Positions 38,999 through 49,496 are shown, numbered from the stretch's first letter. The stretch is DNA of 64,000 nt from an uncultured Gemmatimonadales bacterium (GCA_963850905.1 CAWKMU010000003.1:2912001-2976000); one strand, 5' to 3'. Translations and numbers: made by a program. The notes: a model not told the origin generated them from the letters alone.

Positions 38999-40909
38999 CT
39001 ATCCAGCCGCGAGCTTGCGAACCGCGTTCGCGAGGAGCCGCACCCGAGCGGCATCACCCGCGGTCGCCGCGTCGCCGTCGAGCTTCGTCGCCAATGCCGT
39101 GAGCGACGTTTTGCGCTCGCCGCCGCTCAGCTTCTCTGCCGCCGCGAGACTGCGGGCCACCGCGGCGCGTTTATCCGCCGGCAGGCCATCGTTGCGTCCC
39201 AACTGATCGAGATACGCGCGCGCAAGCGCGAACGTCGCCGGCCAGATGATCTTCTTCTGGTTCTGGGGGTTGAAGACGTCAAGATGCACCGAATTGGCCG
39301 CATCGATCTCGTTCTGCGAGAGGAGGCCACTGGGCTTGAGCTCGAGAACGTTTAGGCCTCGCGTGATTTCGGAACCGTAGATGTGGCCATTATACCAGTA
39401 CGTCGACCAGAAGCCCCCCATCGTCACCTTCGTCGAATCATTGGCGCCGAGATCGTAGAACGCGATCTCCTTCGGATGCGACGCATCGCTCCAGTCGACC
39501 ACCGAGATCCCCCCTTCGTACCAGCTGTACACGGCGACGTCACGGCCGGGGATGGGGATCAGAGAGCCGTTGTGCGCCGTGCATTCCGCAGTGGCTGCCA
39601 GCGCCGCCGGGATCTTGTAATAGCTCGTGAACTGCATCCCGTCGTTTGCGAGCCCATAGATCGAGAGGCCGCCCCAATCCTTGTTGTCCGTCCCCCGGCA
39701 GTGCGGTCCGCCCCACTCATCCCCGAACACGACTTTCTTCCCGTCGTTGCTGAACGTGGCCGAATGCCAGACCGCGATGTTCGAGTCGGCCACCGCCGTG
39801 ATCCGTTTCGGATTCGCAGGATCACGAATGTCGAGCAGCAGCCCGTAGCCAATGCATGCGGCGCCGGCCTTCCCAATGGACGTATACGCCGTGATGTCGT
39901 GGCAATACATGACAACCGGGGTGATAGCCGTATGAGGCGGCCCAGCCGGCGCCGCCGGGGCACCATTGGCAGCGGCCGCAGCGGCCCTGGCGGCCATGGC
40001 TGCCGCGCGCCTGGCCTGGTCCTCCGGAAGCGGAGCGTGGTAGGTCACTGGTGCGAGCTGGTTAAGGATTCGCGGAGTGCTCACGACCTTGGCCTGCTCG
40101 GGGTGCGCCACCGGCACTTTGATCACTTCGATCATGAATCGCGGTGCGTTCGGGTCGTCGTCGGCCGCGGTTTCCGAACACCCCGCGAGCTCGCTCGATG
40201 ACCGAGACGCGGCGTTGCCCGAAGAATAGATGTAGATGTTGGCCTTGTCGTTCGGGTCCTCCACCAGCGTGTTGGTGTGCGACCCGCGACAGAGCTGAAC
40301 GCCGCCGATCTGCTTCGGGTGCTGGATGTCGCTGATGTCGAAGATGCGCACCCCGCGGAACCGCTCCGCGCTGACGGTGTCCGGTACCCCTCCGGTGCCG
40401 CAGTCGACACGCCCGGCCAGATCTTCCACTGAGAGGAAGAGCAGATTGTGATACACGGACACGTCACCCTGCCCACCAGGACACACGGACACGCCGGCAA
40501 TGCGTGGCTGGCTCGGATTCGAGACGTCCCAGATCTGGAACCCTTTGTAGTTACCCTGAATCACGTACTTACCCTTGAAGGCCAGGTCGCTGTTCGTGCT
40601 GCGAAACGTGGGTCCCGGGCCCTTCGGATCGAAGAACGGCTCCGGCGGTCGTACGGCGGCATCGAGCTGCATGTTCCACGACGCTTGCCCAGCGTCCGGC
40701 CAGCCTGCCTTCAATGCGTTGCGCGGATCCGGATTGGGCGGCGTGGTGGACATGTTGACCACCGCCACCGATTGGCGTTCGTCCCCCGATTGCGACCACG
40801 CGCGCGACGCCAGCATGAGCGAGGCGGCGACGAGCGCCAACGTGGCCGCAAAGACCGCGGATGCAGTGCGGCCCGGGCCGCGACGGGTTGCTGCGAGATG
40901 ACGGGTCAT
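38999..40909 (-). CDS. LVIVD-repeat beta-propeller protein (paralog 2)
   Basis: Same Cys/His motifs as paralog 1; follows DUF305 on the same strand. Confidence 0.85.
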   Translation of the reverse strand: MTRHLAATRRGPGRTASAVFAATLALVAASLMLASRAWSQSGDERQSVAVVNMSTTPPNPDPRNALKAGWPDAGQASWNMQLDAAVRPPEPFFDPKGPGPTFRSTNSDLAFKGKYVIQGNYKGFQIWDVSNPSQPRIAGVSVCPGGQGDVSVYHNLLFLSVEDLAGRVDCGTGGVPDTVSAERFRGVRIFDISDIQHPKQIGGVQLCRGSHTNTLVEDPNDKANIYIYSSGNAASRSSSELAGCSETAADDDPNAPRFMIEVIKVPVAHPEQAKVVSTPRILNQLAPVTYHAPLPEDQARRAAAMAARAAAAAANGAPAAPAGPPHTAITPVVMYCHDITAYTSIGKAGAACIGYGLLLDIRDPANPKRITAVADSNIAVWHSATFSNDGKKVVFGDEWGGPHCRGTDNKDWGGLSIYGLANDGMQFTSYYKIPAALAATAECTAHNGSLIPIPGRDVAVYSWYEGGISVVDWSDASHPKEIAFYDLGANDSTKVTMGGFWSTYWYNGHIYGSEITRGLNVLELKPSGLLSQNEIDAANSVHLDVFNPQNQKKIIWPATFALARAYLDQLGRNDGLPADKRAAVARSLAAAEKLSGGERKTSLTALATKLDGDAATAGDAARVRLLANAVRKLAAG

Positions 40910-40976
40910 GGCTGGACTCGTGAAAAGGAAAGCGAGCGCAAGCGAAACAGCGTCGAGATCTGACAAGTGGATCCCA

Positions 40977-41621
40977 TCATTGGCCCGGCGTGGTGGGCGG
41001 CAATGCAGCGAGCATTCGCGTCATCCGCTCGATCTCCGCGGACTGGTTCGCGTTCACATCGGTCGCGAATTGGAAGAGCAGCGGGTCCTGCGCCGCGCCG
41101 TAGGAGTGCATCAGCTCTTGCACCATTGTAATCGCGCCCTGGTGATGCATGATCATGTCTTCGAGAAACAAGCGATCGAACGCGATCCCGCGCGCCTGGT
41201 CGAGCGCGGCCATCTGCTCCGGACTCAACATGCCTGGCATGAGCATCGGGTGATCCATGCCTGCCATCGTGAGGCCATGTGGATCCGCCTGCGGCACCGG
41301 CTCGTGCCTGTCGGCCAGCCAAACCTGGATGTACTTGATCTCGTCTTTTTGCGAGACCGCGATCCGGTCACACAGCGCGAGCACCGCTGGCGACGCCCCG
41401 TGCGATTGCGCCCATCCGGCCATGACCACGGCCTGGGCATGGTGGCCGATCATGCCAGACATGAAATGCACGTCTGCCGCGGTGGGGGGTTGCACGCCCG
41501 GAGCGGCGTGCTCGGTCCCCTGTTCGTTCCCACTTCCGGACCCGGGCGTCGGAGTCTGGCCTGCGATCGCACTGGCCGACAGGAGGCCGGCGAGCATGGC
41601 CAACTGAAAAAACCCGTTCAT
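40977..41621 (-). CDS. DUF305 (ferritin-like, CopM-related) exported protein
   Basis: ADVHFMSGMIGHHAQAVVMA, FDRLFLEDMIMHHQGAITM, Q..EI..M. Confidence 0.9.
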   Translation of the reverse strand: MNGFFQLAMLAGLLSASAIAGQTPTPGSGSGNEQGTEHAAPGVQPPTAADVHFMSGMIGHHAQAVVMAGWAQSHGASPAVLALCDRIAVSQKDEIKYIQVWLADRHEPVPQADPHGLTMAGMDHPMLMPGMLSPEQMAALDQARGIAFDRLFLEDMIMHHQGAITMVQELMHSYGAAQDPLLFQFATDVNANQSAEIERMTRMLAALPPTTPGQ

Positions 41622-41980
41622 CGCCGGGACTGCTGCACGCGTTCCCGCAAGATGGGGTTCGCCGCTACAACGGCGGATCCCGAAAGGGAGGGTATCGAAA
41701 TCGTCGGCCTTTTCCATGACTCAACTGCCTGCGTGTAGGGTATCGACCCCAAATCAGTGCAGTGCCTGATGACGTCGGTGGTCTGGCCCTCTCACTGTCG
41801 CGGAAGTGTCGGTTGCGCCAAGCGTGTCTGCGCTCGGATCGGCGATCCCGACGGAAATGTCAACATGCGGCAAAACGATAGCGCTTCCAGCACCAGGCAC
41901 AAGGGGCAGCAAGTGTCCGCCCAGATCCGGCGAAGCCAGAAGGTCAGGAGTCGCGATGCTGGGTCGCGCCGACGGGTCGT

Positions 41981-42085
41981 TGACCCCCGGCGACTGATAC
42001 GAGCACACGTGATCCCCAACCACACAACCCAAAGGAAACATTTCTATTGAACTGAAACAGGGGACGGCGGACCGAGATATTGACA
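41981..42085 (+). mobile_element. Orphan right end of an IS1202-like element
   Basis: tgacccccggcga, a 28-bp block (42038-42065) identical to 2622-2649, and terminal attgaca at nearly the same spacing as in the intact IS. Confidence 0.85.
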
Positions 42086-42224
42086 AACGACCTGGTCGAC
42101 GTATTATCGCAGTCCAAAATTGACAGGCGCACCGGGGGCGGTCTGAACTTGCCTCCGGAAGTTTTTGCGCCCGCCGTTCGAATCACGACGTGCCCAACGG
42201 GCTCCCCCCAACTGGAGGCGCGTG

Positions 42225-45200
42225 ATGCAACGTGCAATGTGGGTTCGCGGGAAGGCCACACCGGTGGCGGCGGCGCTCGGGATGATCACTCTCCTGGCCG
42301 CGTGGCCGATCTCGGCGCAGGCACCCACAAGAATCACCGGCCATGTGGTCGACGCCGGCGACCAGGCCCCCATCCCTGCCGCGACTGTGGTCGTGACAGG
42401 GACGACGATCGGTACAAGTTCGAACGACAGCGGGGCATTCACGATCGCGCTCCCGGCTGACGCCCGGAGTTTCACTGTCCGACGCATCGGCTTTCTCGCC
42501 AGAACGGTTCCCGTCTCGGGGGCCCAGACCGCGTACACCGTGGCGCTCTCTCGCGACGTGCTTCGCCTCGAGGCGCAGGTCGTGACCGGGGTGGCGACGA
42601 CCGTCTCATCCCAAAGTGCAGCCAACGCCGTCGCGGTCGTCAACACGCAGGAAGTCAACGAGGTGCCCGCTCCGACGGTCGAGAACGCGATCCAGGGGCA
42701 GATTCCCGGCGCTCTTATTCAGCAGAACAATGGTGGCGCGCCCGGTGGCGGGATGCAGATCCAGATCCGCGGGACCACGTCGATCAATGCCAATGGCTCG
42801 CCGCTCTATGTGCTCGACGGGGTGATCATCGAGAACGACATCCAGGAGCCGGGGAACGAAGCCCTCACCGACGCCCTCGGCATCGGCGTCGCACCAAACA
42901 ACCAAGATCTGGGCGTCAACCGCATTGCGGATATCAACCCCGAGGACATCGAGAGCATCGAGGTCTTGAAGGGTGCGTCGGCGTCGGCCATCTATGGCTC
43001 CAAGGCATCGGCCGGTGTGGTGATCATCACGACTAAGAAGGGCAAGGCGGGAAAACCGCTGTGGAGCCTGTCGCAGAAGGTCGGACAGTTCGCTGACGCC
43101 GCGACGCTCGACATCCGGACGTTCCCGACGTTGGCCAGTGCGCAGGGCTGGTATAACAACGACATCACCGGTGCTACCACACCCGCTGAGATTGCCGCAA
43201 ATAACGCATTCATTTCGAGCGTCTACGGCGGCCCGCAGAATTATCAGACCACCGTGTTCGGCAACGGCCAGGCCTCGTACGAGACGGATCTGAGCGTCAG
43301 CGGCACGCAAGGCGAGACTCAGTTCTTCGTGTCCGGGCTCTCGAAGTACGACAACGGCACGTTGCTCAACACCGGTTACAACAAGCAGTCGATCCGGTCG
43401 AACGTCACGGAGCAGTTTGCGAGCCGCCTCTCCGCCACCGCCAACCTTTTTTATTCGCACAGTGTCACGCGCCGTGGCCTCACGGGCAACGACAACAACG
43501 GCAGCAGCCCATACGACGTGTTCTCGTACACGCCGCAGTTCGTGAATCTCAATCATCAGAACGCCAATGGGTCGTGGGCGTTGAACCCCTTTGGACCGGC
43601 CAATCCCTTTGCTGACGCCTACGACATCGGCACACCGGAGACGACCCAGCGGTTCATCGGCGGCGGCAATATCAACTGGACACCGTTCCGGACCGAGCAC
43701 CAATCTCTGCAGGTGCAATTGATAGGCGGAGTCGACATCGCCCACGTGCTCGACGATCTGTACGCTCCGGCCTCTCTGCAGCTCGAGCAGAACCTGGTCT
43801 TACCGGGTGTCTCGACCACGCAGACGACGGACAACCAGTACATCAACTACTCGATCAATCTGATCCACCACTACACTGGGCTGTCGTGGCTCGATGCGAC
43901 GACGTCGGCAGGGTTTGTGCGCGAGCGGCGCGACCTGACCAACCCGGAGACGGTCTCGCAGAACGTGCTGGCCGGTCTCAACAACCCGGCCACCGGCACG
44001 GTGCAGACGAACTTCTTCAACCGCACCGCGCAGCGCGACCAGTCACTCTATGGTCAGGAGCAGATCCTCGCGCTTGACTCGCGGCTCTCAGTGACCGCGG
44101 GGGTGACGGCCGAGCGGACGACGAACGACGGTGACATCGGCAAATTTTACGCTTATCCGCGGTATTCGGCCTCGTACCGCATCCCGCAGTTCGTGGGTTT
44201 CCTGGACGAGATCAAGTTGCGAGCCGCGCTCGGGTCATCGGGGACGCAGCCGCTCTACGGCGTCCGGTATAGCCCGTTTGGAACGACGCTCGGTTCGGGC
44301 CTTCCCGGTGTGGCAGCCGACACCGTGGTCGGCGATGCCAACGTCAGGCCCGAGTCGGAGACCGAGTTCGAGACCGGATTTGACGCGACGATGTTCCACT
44401 CACGGGCCCAGTTCACCTTCACCGTCTACCAGAAGCGGGTCACGAATCTTCTCCTGGAAGCAGCGGTCAACGCCTCGCGCGGTTACGACGTGCAGTGGCT
44501 GAACGGCGGCGAGTTCACGAACCAGGGGGCTGAGATCTCGCTGGCCATGACGCCGGTCCAGCTTCGCAACGGATTCACCTGGGTGAGCACGACTAGCTTC
44601 TACCGCAATTACAGCGTCGTGAACGCGCTCCCAGTTGCGGGTTTCAATGAGATTTACGTCGGCCGCTCGATCACGGAGGACGTGAACGGCGCCTTCATCG
44701 GTCCGAACGGAATTCCGGAGCAGACAGGCGACGGGTCGCCCTCATTCACTATGGACTTTAACGAGGAAGTGAGCTGGGGGCCGCTGCGGCTCGCGGGGCT
44801 CCTCGATTGGAACCGGGGCGGCAACGTGGGCAATGGCGACGACGACTACTTCAAGTTCGGCACTCTCTGGGGCGATTCGGCGAATGCGGCAAAATTTGTT
44901 CAAGAGGAGTTCGCCAACTTGAGGCCGGACCTTCAAAGTGCTACGGCTGTCAAGCTTCGGAGCGTGTCCCTGAGCTACACGCTGCCCACCAGGTGGCTCA
45001 ATCGGGTGGCGAGCGGTCGCGTCTCGAGCGCTCGCCTGTCGCTGCTCGGTCGCAATCTGTTGTACTGGTACAGTAAGTATTACGACGGCCTGGATCCGGA
45101 AGTGAGCTCGGCTGGCAGCCAGGACGTACGGCGCCCAGGCGACGTCACACCGTACCCACCATCCCGCAGCTTTTTCCTTTCCCTCGACCTGGGCTTCTGA
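42225..45200 (+). CDS. SusC/RagA-family TonB-linked outer membrane protein
   Basis: CarboxypepD-like N domain, PLYVLDGV, DINPEDIESIEVLKGASASAIYGS..GVVIITTKKG; terminal Phe. Confidence 0.93.
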   Translation: MQRAMWVRGKATPVAAALGMITLLAAWPISAQAPTRITGHVVDAGDQAPIPAATVVVTGTTIGTSSNDSGAFTIALPADARSFTVRRIGFLARTVPVSGAQTAYTVALSRDVLRLEAQVVTGVATTVSSQSAANAVAVVNTQEVNEVPAPTVENAIQGQIPGALIQQNNGGAPGGGMQIQIRGTTSINANGSPLYVLDGVIIENDIQEPGNEALTDALGIGVAPNNQDLGVNRIADINPEDIESIEVLKGASASAIYGSKASAGVVIITTKKGKAGKPLWSLSQKVGQFADAATLDIRTFPTLASAQGWYNNDITGATTPAEIAANNAFISSVYGGPQNYQTTVFGNGQASYETDLSVSGTQGETQFFVSGLSKYDNGTLLNTGYNKQSIRSNVTEQFASRLSATANLFYSHSVTRRGLTGNDNNGSSPYDVFSYTPQFVNLNHQNANGSWALNPFGPANPFADAYDIGTPETTQRFIGGGNINWTPFRTEHQSLQVQLIGGVDIAHVLDDLYAPASLQLEQNLVLPGVSTTQTTDNQYINYSINLIHHYTGLSWLDATTSAGFVRERRDLTNPETVSQNVLAGLNNPATGTVQTNFFNRTAQRDQSLYGQEQILALDSRLSVTAGVTAERTTNDGDIGKFYAYPRYSASYRIPQFVGFLDEIKLRAALGSSGTQPLYGVRYSPFGTTLGSGLPGVAADTVVGDANVRPESETEFETGFDATMFHSRAQFTFTVYQKRVTNLLLEAAVNASRGYDVQWLNGGEFTNQGAEISLAMTPVQLRNGFTWVSTTSFYRNYSVVNALPVAGFNEIYVGRSITEDVNGAFIGPNGIPEQTGDGSPSFTMDFNEEVSWGPLRLAGLLDWNRGGNVGNGDDDYFKFGTLWGDSANAAKFVQEEFANLRPDLQSATAVKLRSVSLSYTLPTRWLNRVASGRVSSARLSLLGRNLLYWYSKYYDGLDPEVSSAGSQDVRRPGDVTPYPPSRSFFLSLDLGF

Positions 45201-45201
45201 C

Positions 45202-46770
45202 ATGCGCGAGACATATATCTGCGCCGCAGGCGGGTGTCCGCGCCTCGTGGAGCGGCGCGTTAATCAGTGGCGCGCGGTCATGTTCATAGGGGGGGTGGCT
45301 CTCGTTGCCGTGACGGCATGCAAGGACACCGCCGTCCCGTACTTCAATGCGCCGACGAGCATTCCGTCCTCGCCGACAGGTGTGCAGAACGCAGTGACCG
45401 GACTGTTCTCGGCCACGCGGATCGACGTGAATTGGGACGTGTGGTACGTGGGCTCGTTCGGGCGCGACATCTTTTGGTTCCTTGGCGCGAGCTCCAACGT
45501 GCTGGTTGACGTGTCGGGTCTCATCGCCCCGACCAGCCACAGCAACATCGACGCAGTCGAAGAGTGGGACAACGAGTACGCGCAAGCGAAACAGGCCAAC
45601 TACATCATCGCCAACTTGGCCAAAGTGCCGGCGTACTCGGCGGCGCAAGTCGCGGCCGTCACCGGCATCGTGCAGACGATCAAGGCGCTCAATTTCATGA
45701 TGTTGGCGGAGACCCGAGATTCGATAGGTATCCCGATCTACTCGATCGGCAGCAATCCGACCGACCCGCCCTACTGCATCAAGGACGTGTGGGCGTACAT
45801 CGTCGCGCTACTCGATTCGGGCTTCAACGATCTCAACGCCGCTGGATCGATCCCGTTGCCCGTCAAGCTCCCGGCCGGTTTTATGTCGGTGGGACAGACG
45901 GCGTCCCCGAGCACTGCGCAGGGGTCATTTGCCGCATTCAATCGGGCGCTGGCCGGGAAGGCTGGCCTCGAGTATGCGTATGCCATCGCCCGCAACAAAC
46001 CCAGCACACATCCGACGCCAACATCGCCCGGCAATCCCGATCCCACGGCGCTAGCGCGCGCGGATAGTGCATTAACAGCGTCGGCACTGTACAACCCGAG
46101 CGTGATCGCACCGCCGGCCGCGGGCAACTTCGCGCTCGACCAGTACGGGGTGTACCACACCTTCAGCGGCCAGTCCGGCGATCTGCAGAACGCGGTCCTC
46201 GAGTACTATTACTTGTTTGACGCAACCTGGGACCTCTACTACGACGTCGACACGGCCGACTTGCGGTACAAGAACAAGTTTGTACCAGATCCCTTTCCGG
46301 TCCAGCTAGCCTCGTATGCGGGCGTCTCCAACGGCCTCAATTACCTCCCATACGCGCAGGTCAACAGCCCCTTCCCGATCGTGCGCGCGGAGGAATTGGC
46401 GCTCGTGCGAGCGCAGATCCAACTGGGGTTAGGCAATTTCGCCAACGCGATCACGCTCATCAATCAGGTGCATATGCAGGCGGGCGGTTTCGCGACACCC
46501 CTCTCGATCGCTCTTACGTACACGGCGGTGCGTGACTCACTCCTGAAGGAGCAGCGCATCTCGACCGTCTTCGAACCGAGCAACGACCGCGCGATCGCGC
46601 TTCGCATGTACCACCTCGAGGCAGTCGCCGACACGACGTGGCAAGCCACCGCAGGCCCGGACGCAGCCACCGCCGCGGCGTTACACAGTACCGACTATCA
46701 CAATACGGTGGCCAACGTGCCGCTCGTAGAGGTCACGGCGCGAGGTGGGTGGAATTTGACCTGCCCGTAA
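45202..46770 (+). CDS. SusD/RagB-family lipoprotein
   Basis: Lipobox VTAC; PIVRAEELALVRAQ, INQVH, LLKEQR; directly follows susC. Confidence 0.82.
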   Translation: MRETYICAAGGCPRLVERRVNQWRAVMFIGGVALVAVTACKDTAVPYFNAPTSIPSSPTGVQNAVTGLFSATRIDVNWDVWYVGSFGRDIFWFLGASSNVLVDVSGLIAPTSHSNIDAVEEWDNEYAQAKQANYIIANLAKVPAYSAAQVAAVTGIVQTIKALNFMMLAETRDSIGIPIYSIGSNPTDPPYCIKDVWAYIVALLDSGFNDLNAAGSIPLPVKLPAGFMSVGQTASPSTAQGSFAAFNRALAGKAGLEYAYAIARNKPSTHPTPTSPGNPDPTALARADSALTASALYNPSVIAPPAAGNFALDQYGVYHTFSGQSGDLQNAVLEYYYLFDATWDLYYDVDTADLRYKNKFVPDPFPVQLASYAGVSNGLNYLPYAQVNSPFPIVRAEELALVRAQIQLGLGNFANAITLINQVHMQAGGFATPLSIALTYTAVRDSLLKEQRISTVFEPSNDRAIALRMYHLEAVADTTWQATAGPDAATAAALHSTDYHNTVANVPLVEVTARGGWNLTCP

Positions 46771-46938
46771 CCGCAAATGGGCAGGGAGAGAAACGAGGAC
46801 GACGGGCGACAGTGGTCGGGAAGAGCAGCCGAGGCCAGTTGCGGTGCACCGTGACTGGCCTCGTGGTTCGCTAACGGCTGCCCGCTGACGGCTGAACAGT
46901 CATCGCTTCACGTTCCTGGCATGAAACAGCTCGTGAGG

Positions 46939-47080
46939 ATGGTGCAGGAGACTCATGCGCACCCACGGTGCTGCGCAAGAACCGCTTCTATTCCAATTCG
47001 CCACCGACGTGAACGCCAACCAAACCGCTCAAATTCAGCGAATGAATCGAATGCTCGCGGCCATGTCCCCGCCGACATGA
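46939..47080 (+). pseudogene. 3' fragment of a second DUF305 gene
   Basis: MVQE(+1)LMRTHGAAQEPLLFQFATDVNANQTAQIQRMNRMLAAM matches the C-terminus of 40977-41621. Confidence 0.85.
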
Positions 47081-47154
47081 GCCATCATACGACCCGCGTA
47101 TCAAACCCGATTGCCGTCTCACCATCGCTCCCTGGCCTTTCCAGGAGTTCAGTC

Positions 47155-49056
47155 ATGACCTCCCATGTGGCAGTAACGCCGCGCGGTCTGGGCCGCACAT
47201 CCTCGGCTGTCCCGCCGCTCTCAGCAGCGCTCCTGGCTTGCTCGTTGACGCTGACGCCGTGCGCGTTCGCGCAATCGGCGGGCAACGGTTCTGGATCACC
47301 GCAGGCGATCGACATGTCCCTGACGGCGCCCAGTCCCGACCCACGCGATGGGCTCAAGGCAGGCTGGCTCGATCCTGGGCAAGCCTCGTGGAACATGCGC
47401 CTGGTGGCCGCGGTGCGGCCAACTGAGGGGTTCTTCGATCCGAGTGGCCCCACAATGGGCAAATCGAACACCGACCTGGCCTTCGAGGGCAAGTACGTCA
47501 TTCAGGGTAACTTCAACGGCTTCCAGATCTGGGACGTCTCGAATCCGAGCGAGCCGCGGCTCGCTGGCTCGTCCGTCTGCCGCGGAGGGCAGGGCAATGT
47601 GTCCGTGTATCGCAATCTCCTCTTCGTGTCGGTGGAAGAGCTGGCCGGTCGTATGGACTGCGGCGTCCAGGGTGTACCGGATACTGTCAGCCAGGATCGG
47701 TTCCGCGGGGTGCGGATTTTCGATATCAGTGATGTCCAACACCCAAAAGAGATCGCCGGTGTTCAAACGTGCCGCGGGTCGCACACCAACACGCTGGTCG
47801 AGGACCCGAACGACAAGGCCAACATCTACATCTATTCTTCGGGCAACGCCGCGTCCCGGTCATCGAGCGAGCTCGCGGGGTGTTCCGAATCCGCGGCAGC
47901 CGACGACCCGAACGCACCGCGATTCATGATCGAAGTGATCCGGGTCCCCCTGGCGCACCCCGAACAGGCCAAGATCGTGAGCAGCCCGCGGATCCTGGGT
48001 GGGCTCGGAACGGTCACGTATCACGCGGCGGATCCGCAGGACGAGGCGAGGATGGCGGCAGCGTTCAAGAGCGCTGCGGCGAAGACCAAGAGCGGCGGAG
48101 GCGGTGGCGGGTCAGGGGCGCCGGGACTCTTTGGCCCGACTGTCAGGTACTGCCACGACATTACAGCCTATCCGGCCATCAAGCGAGCCGGCGCCGCGTG
48201 TATCGGCTGGGGACTGCTGCTCGATATTCAAGATCCCGCCCATCCGAAGCGAATGGCGGCGGCGGCCGATTCGAACCTCGCGGTCTGGCATTCGGCCACT
48301 TTCAGCAACAATGGATCGAAGGTTCTGTTCGGGGATGAGTGGGGAGGACCTCACTGCCGCGCGACGGACAATAAGGACTGGGGTGGCCTCTCCGTCTATG
48401 GGCTCGCGAACGACGGCATGCAGCTCAAGAGCTATTTCAAAATGCCGGCGGCGCTGGCCGACGTAGCGATCTGCACGGCTCACAATGGCTCGCTGATCCC
48501 GGTCCCTGGCCGGGACATCGCGGTTTACAGTTGGTACGACGGTGGGATCGACGTGGTCGACTGGTCCAATGCCTCCCATCCCAAGGAAATCGCTTTCTTC
48601 GATCGGGGGCCCGAAGACTCGACGAAGATAACAATGGGGGGAACCTGGTCCGCGTACTGGTACAATGGCTACATCTACAGCTCCGAGATCACGCGCGGCC
48701 TCAATGTGCTCGCGCTCCAGCCGAGCGGCCTGCTCTCGCAGAACGAGATCGACGCGGCCAAATCGGTCCATCTCAATGAATTCAACCCACAGGACCAGCC
48801 GAAAATCGTCTGGCCGGCGACGTTTGCGCTCGCGCGGGCGTATCTCGATCAGTTGGGACGCGACGGTGGCCTTCCGGTGGCTCGCCGCGCCGCGGTGACC
48901 CGCAGTCTCGCGACCGCCGAGAAATTGAGCCTCGGCGCGCGGCAGCAACGTCTCATGACCTTGGCCACAGAGGTTGAGGGCGATGCCGCCAGCGCCGGCA
49001 ATGCAGCTAAGGTGCGGCTCCTAGCCGATGCAATTCGGAAACTCGCGGCCATGTAG
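47155..49056 (+). CDS. LVIVD-repeat beta-propeller protein (paralog 3), close inverted paralog of 38999-40909
   Basis: RBS aggag; long near-identical blocks, e.g. 47782-47940 vs reverse complement of 40121-40279. Confidence 0.88.
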   Translation: MTSHVAVTPRGLGRTSSAVPPLSAALLACSLTLTPCAFAQSAGNGSGSPQAIDMSLTAPSPDPRDGLKAGWLDPGQASWNMRLVAAVRPTEGFFDPSGPTMGKSNTDLAFEGKYVIQGNFNGFQIWDVSNPSEPRLAGSSVCRGGQGNVSVYRNLLFVSVEELAGRMDCGVQGVPDTVSQDRFRGVRIFDISDVQHPKEIAGVQTCRGSHTNTLVEDPNDKANIYIYSSGNAASRSSSELAGCSESAAADDPNAPRFMIEVIRVPLAHPEQAKIVSSPRILGGLGTVTYHAADPQDEARMAAAFKSAAAKTKSGGGGGGSGAPGLFGPTVRYCHDITAYPAIKRAGAACIGWGLLLDIQDPAHPKRMAAAADSNLAVWHSATFSNNGSKVLFGDEWGGPHCRATDNKDWGGLSVYGLANDGMQLKSYFKMPAALADVAICTAHNGSLIPVPGRDIAVYSWYDGGIDVVDWSNASHPKEIAFFDRGPEDSTKITMGGTWSAYWYNGYIYSSEITRGLNVLALQPSGLLSQNEIDAAKSVHLNEFNPQDQPKIVWPATFALARAYLDQLGRDGGLPVARRAAVTRSLATAEKLSLGARQQRLMTLATEVEGDAASAGNAAKVRLLADAIRKLAAM

Positions 49057-49197
49057 TGAAGTTCGATTCTGGCCGGCACAAATGCCAATGGGTGGGAGTT
49101 TGACGGCACCGCGATTTCGTGTCAGAACGTCCCACTGGGCAACCAGACGATTGCACCGCGCCGCTCACGTGGCGCGGTCAGGCACAGAGCATCACCA

Positions 49198-49362
49198 TCA
49201 CGGGCACGGCCCGCTAGGCGCCTGGCTCGGAGACAAGTACGCGACTACGCTGGCCGACAGAAGGCCGACGAGCACGGTCAGGTGAAAAAAAACGTTCATC
49301 GCCAGATCTGGTGCACGCGCGCGCGCGCGATTGGGTTCGCCTCTACGACAGCGGACCCGAAA
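49198..49362 (-). pseudogene. 5' fragment and upstream leader of a second DUF305 gene
   Basis: MNVFFHLTVLVGLLSASVVA vs MNGFFQLAMLAGLLSASAIA; about 60 nt upstream also aligns with 41622-41685. Confidence 0.8.
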
Positions 49363-49496
49363 CATGGGGCCATCGCGCGAAGCTACCGCCCCACGGGACG
49401 AGCGATCGACTCACGTGGCGACGGCGGCGCGGCAGTAGATCGGATCCTGACGCTACCCGGCGAGCGTTGCTCAGCAGGCGCAACCGGCGTCGAAGC

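Noticed and set aside
46921..47154. 78-aa N-terminal extension of LVIVD-3 called by the ORF track
   Set aside because: It overlaps the DUF305 relic in another frame; the RBS and paralog alignment support a start at 47155.
49150..49299. Selenoprotein read-through of TGA codons in the minus-strand mini-ORF (..CP*W*C..), prompted by selB
   Set aside because: The ORF is a DUF305 5' relic; I saw no redox motif, SECIS-like hairpin or homology after the stops.
49315..49329. (GC)n dinucleotide run as a phase-variation tract
   Set aside because: Short, lies in a pseudogene leader and is unremarkable at this GC content.
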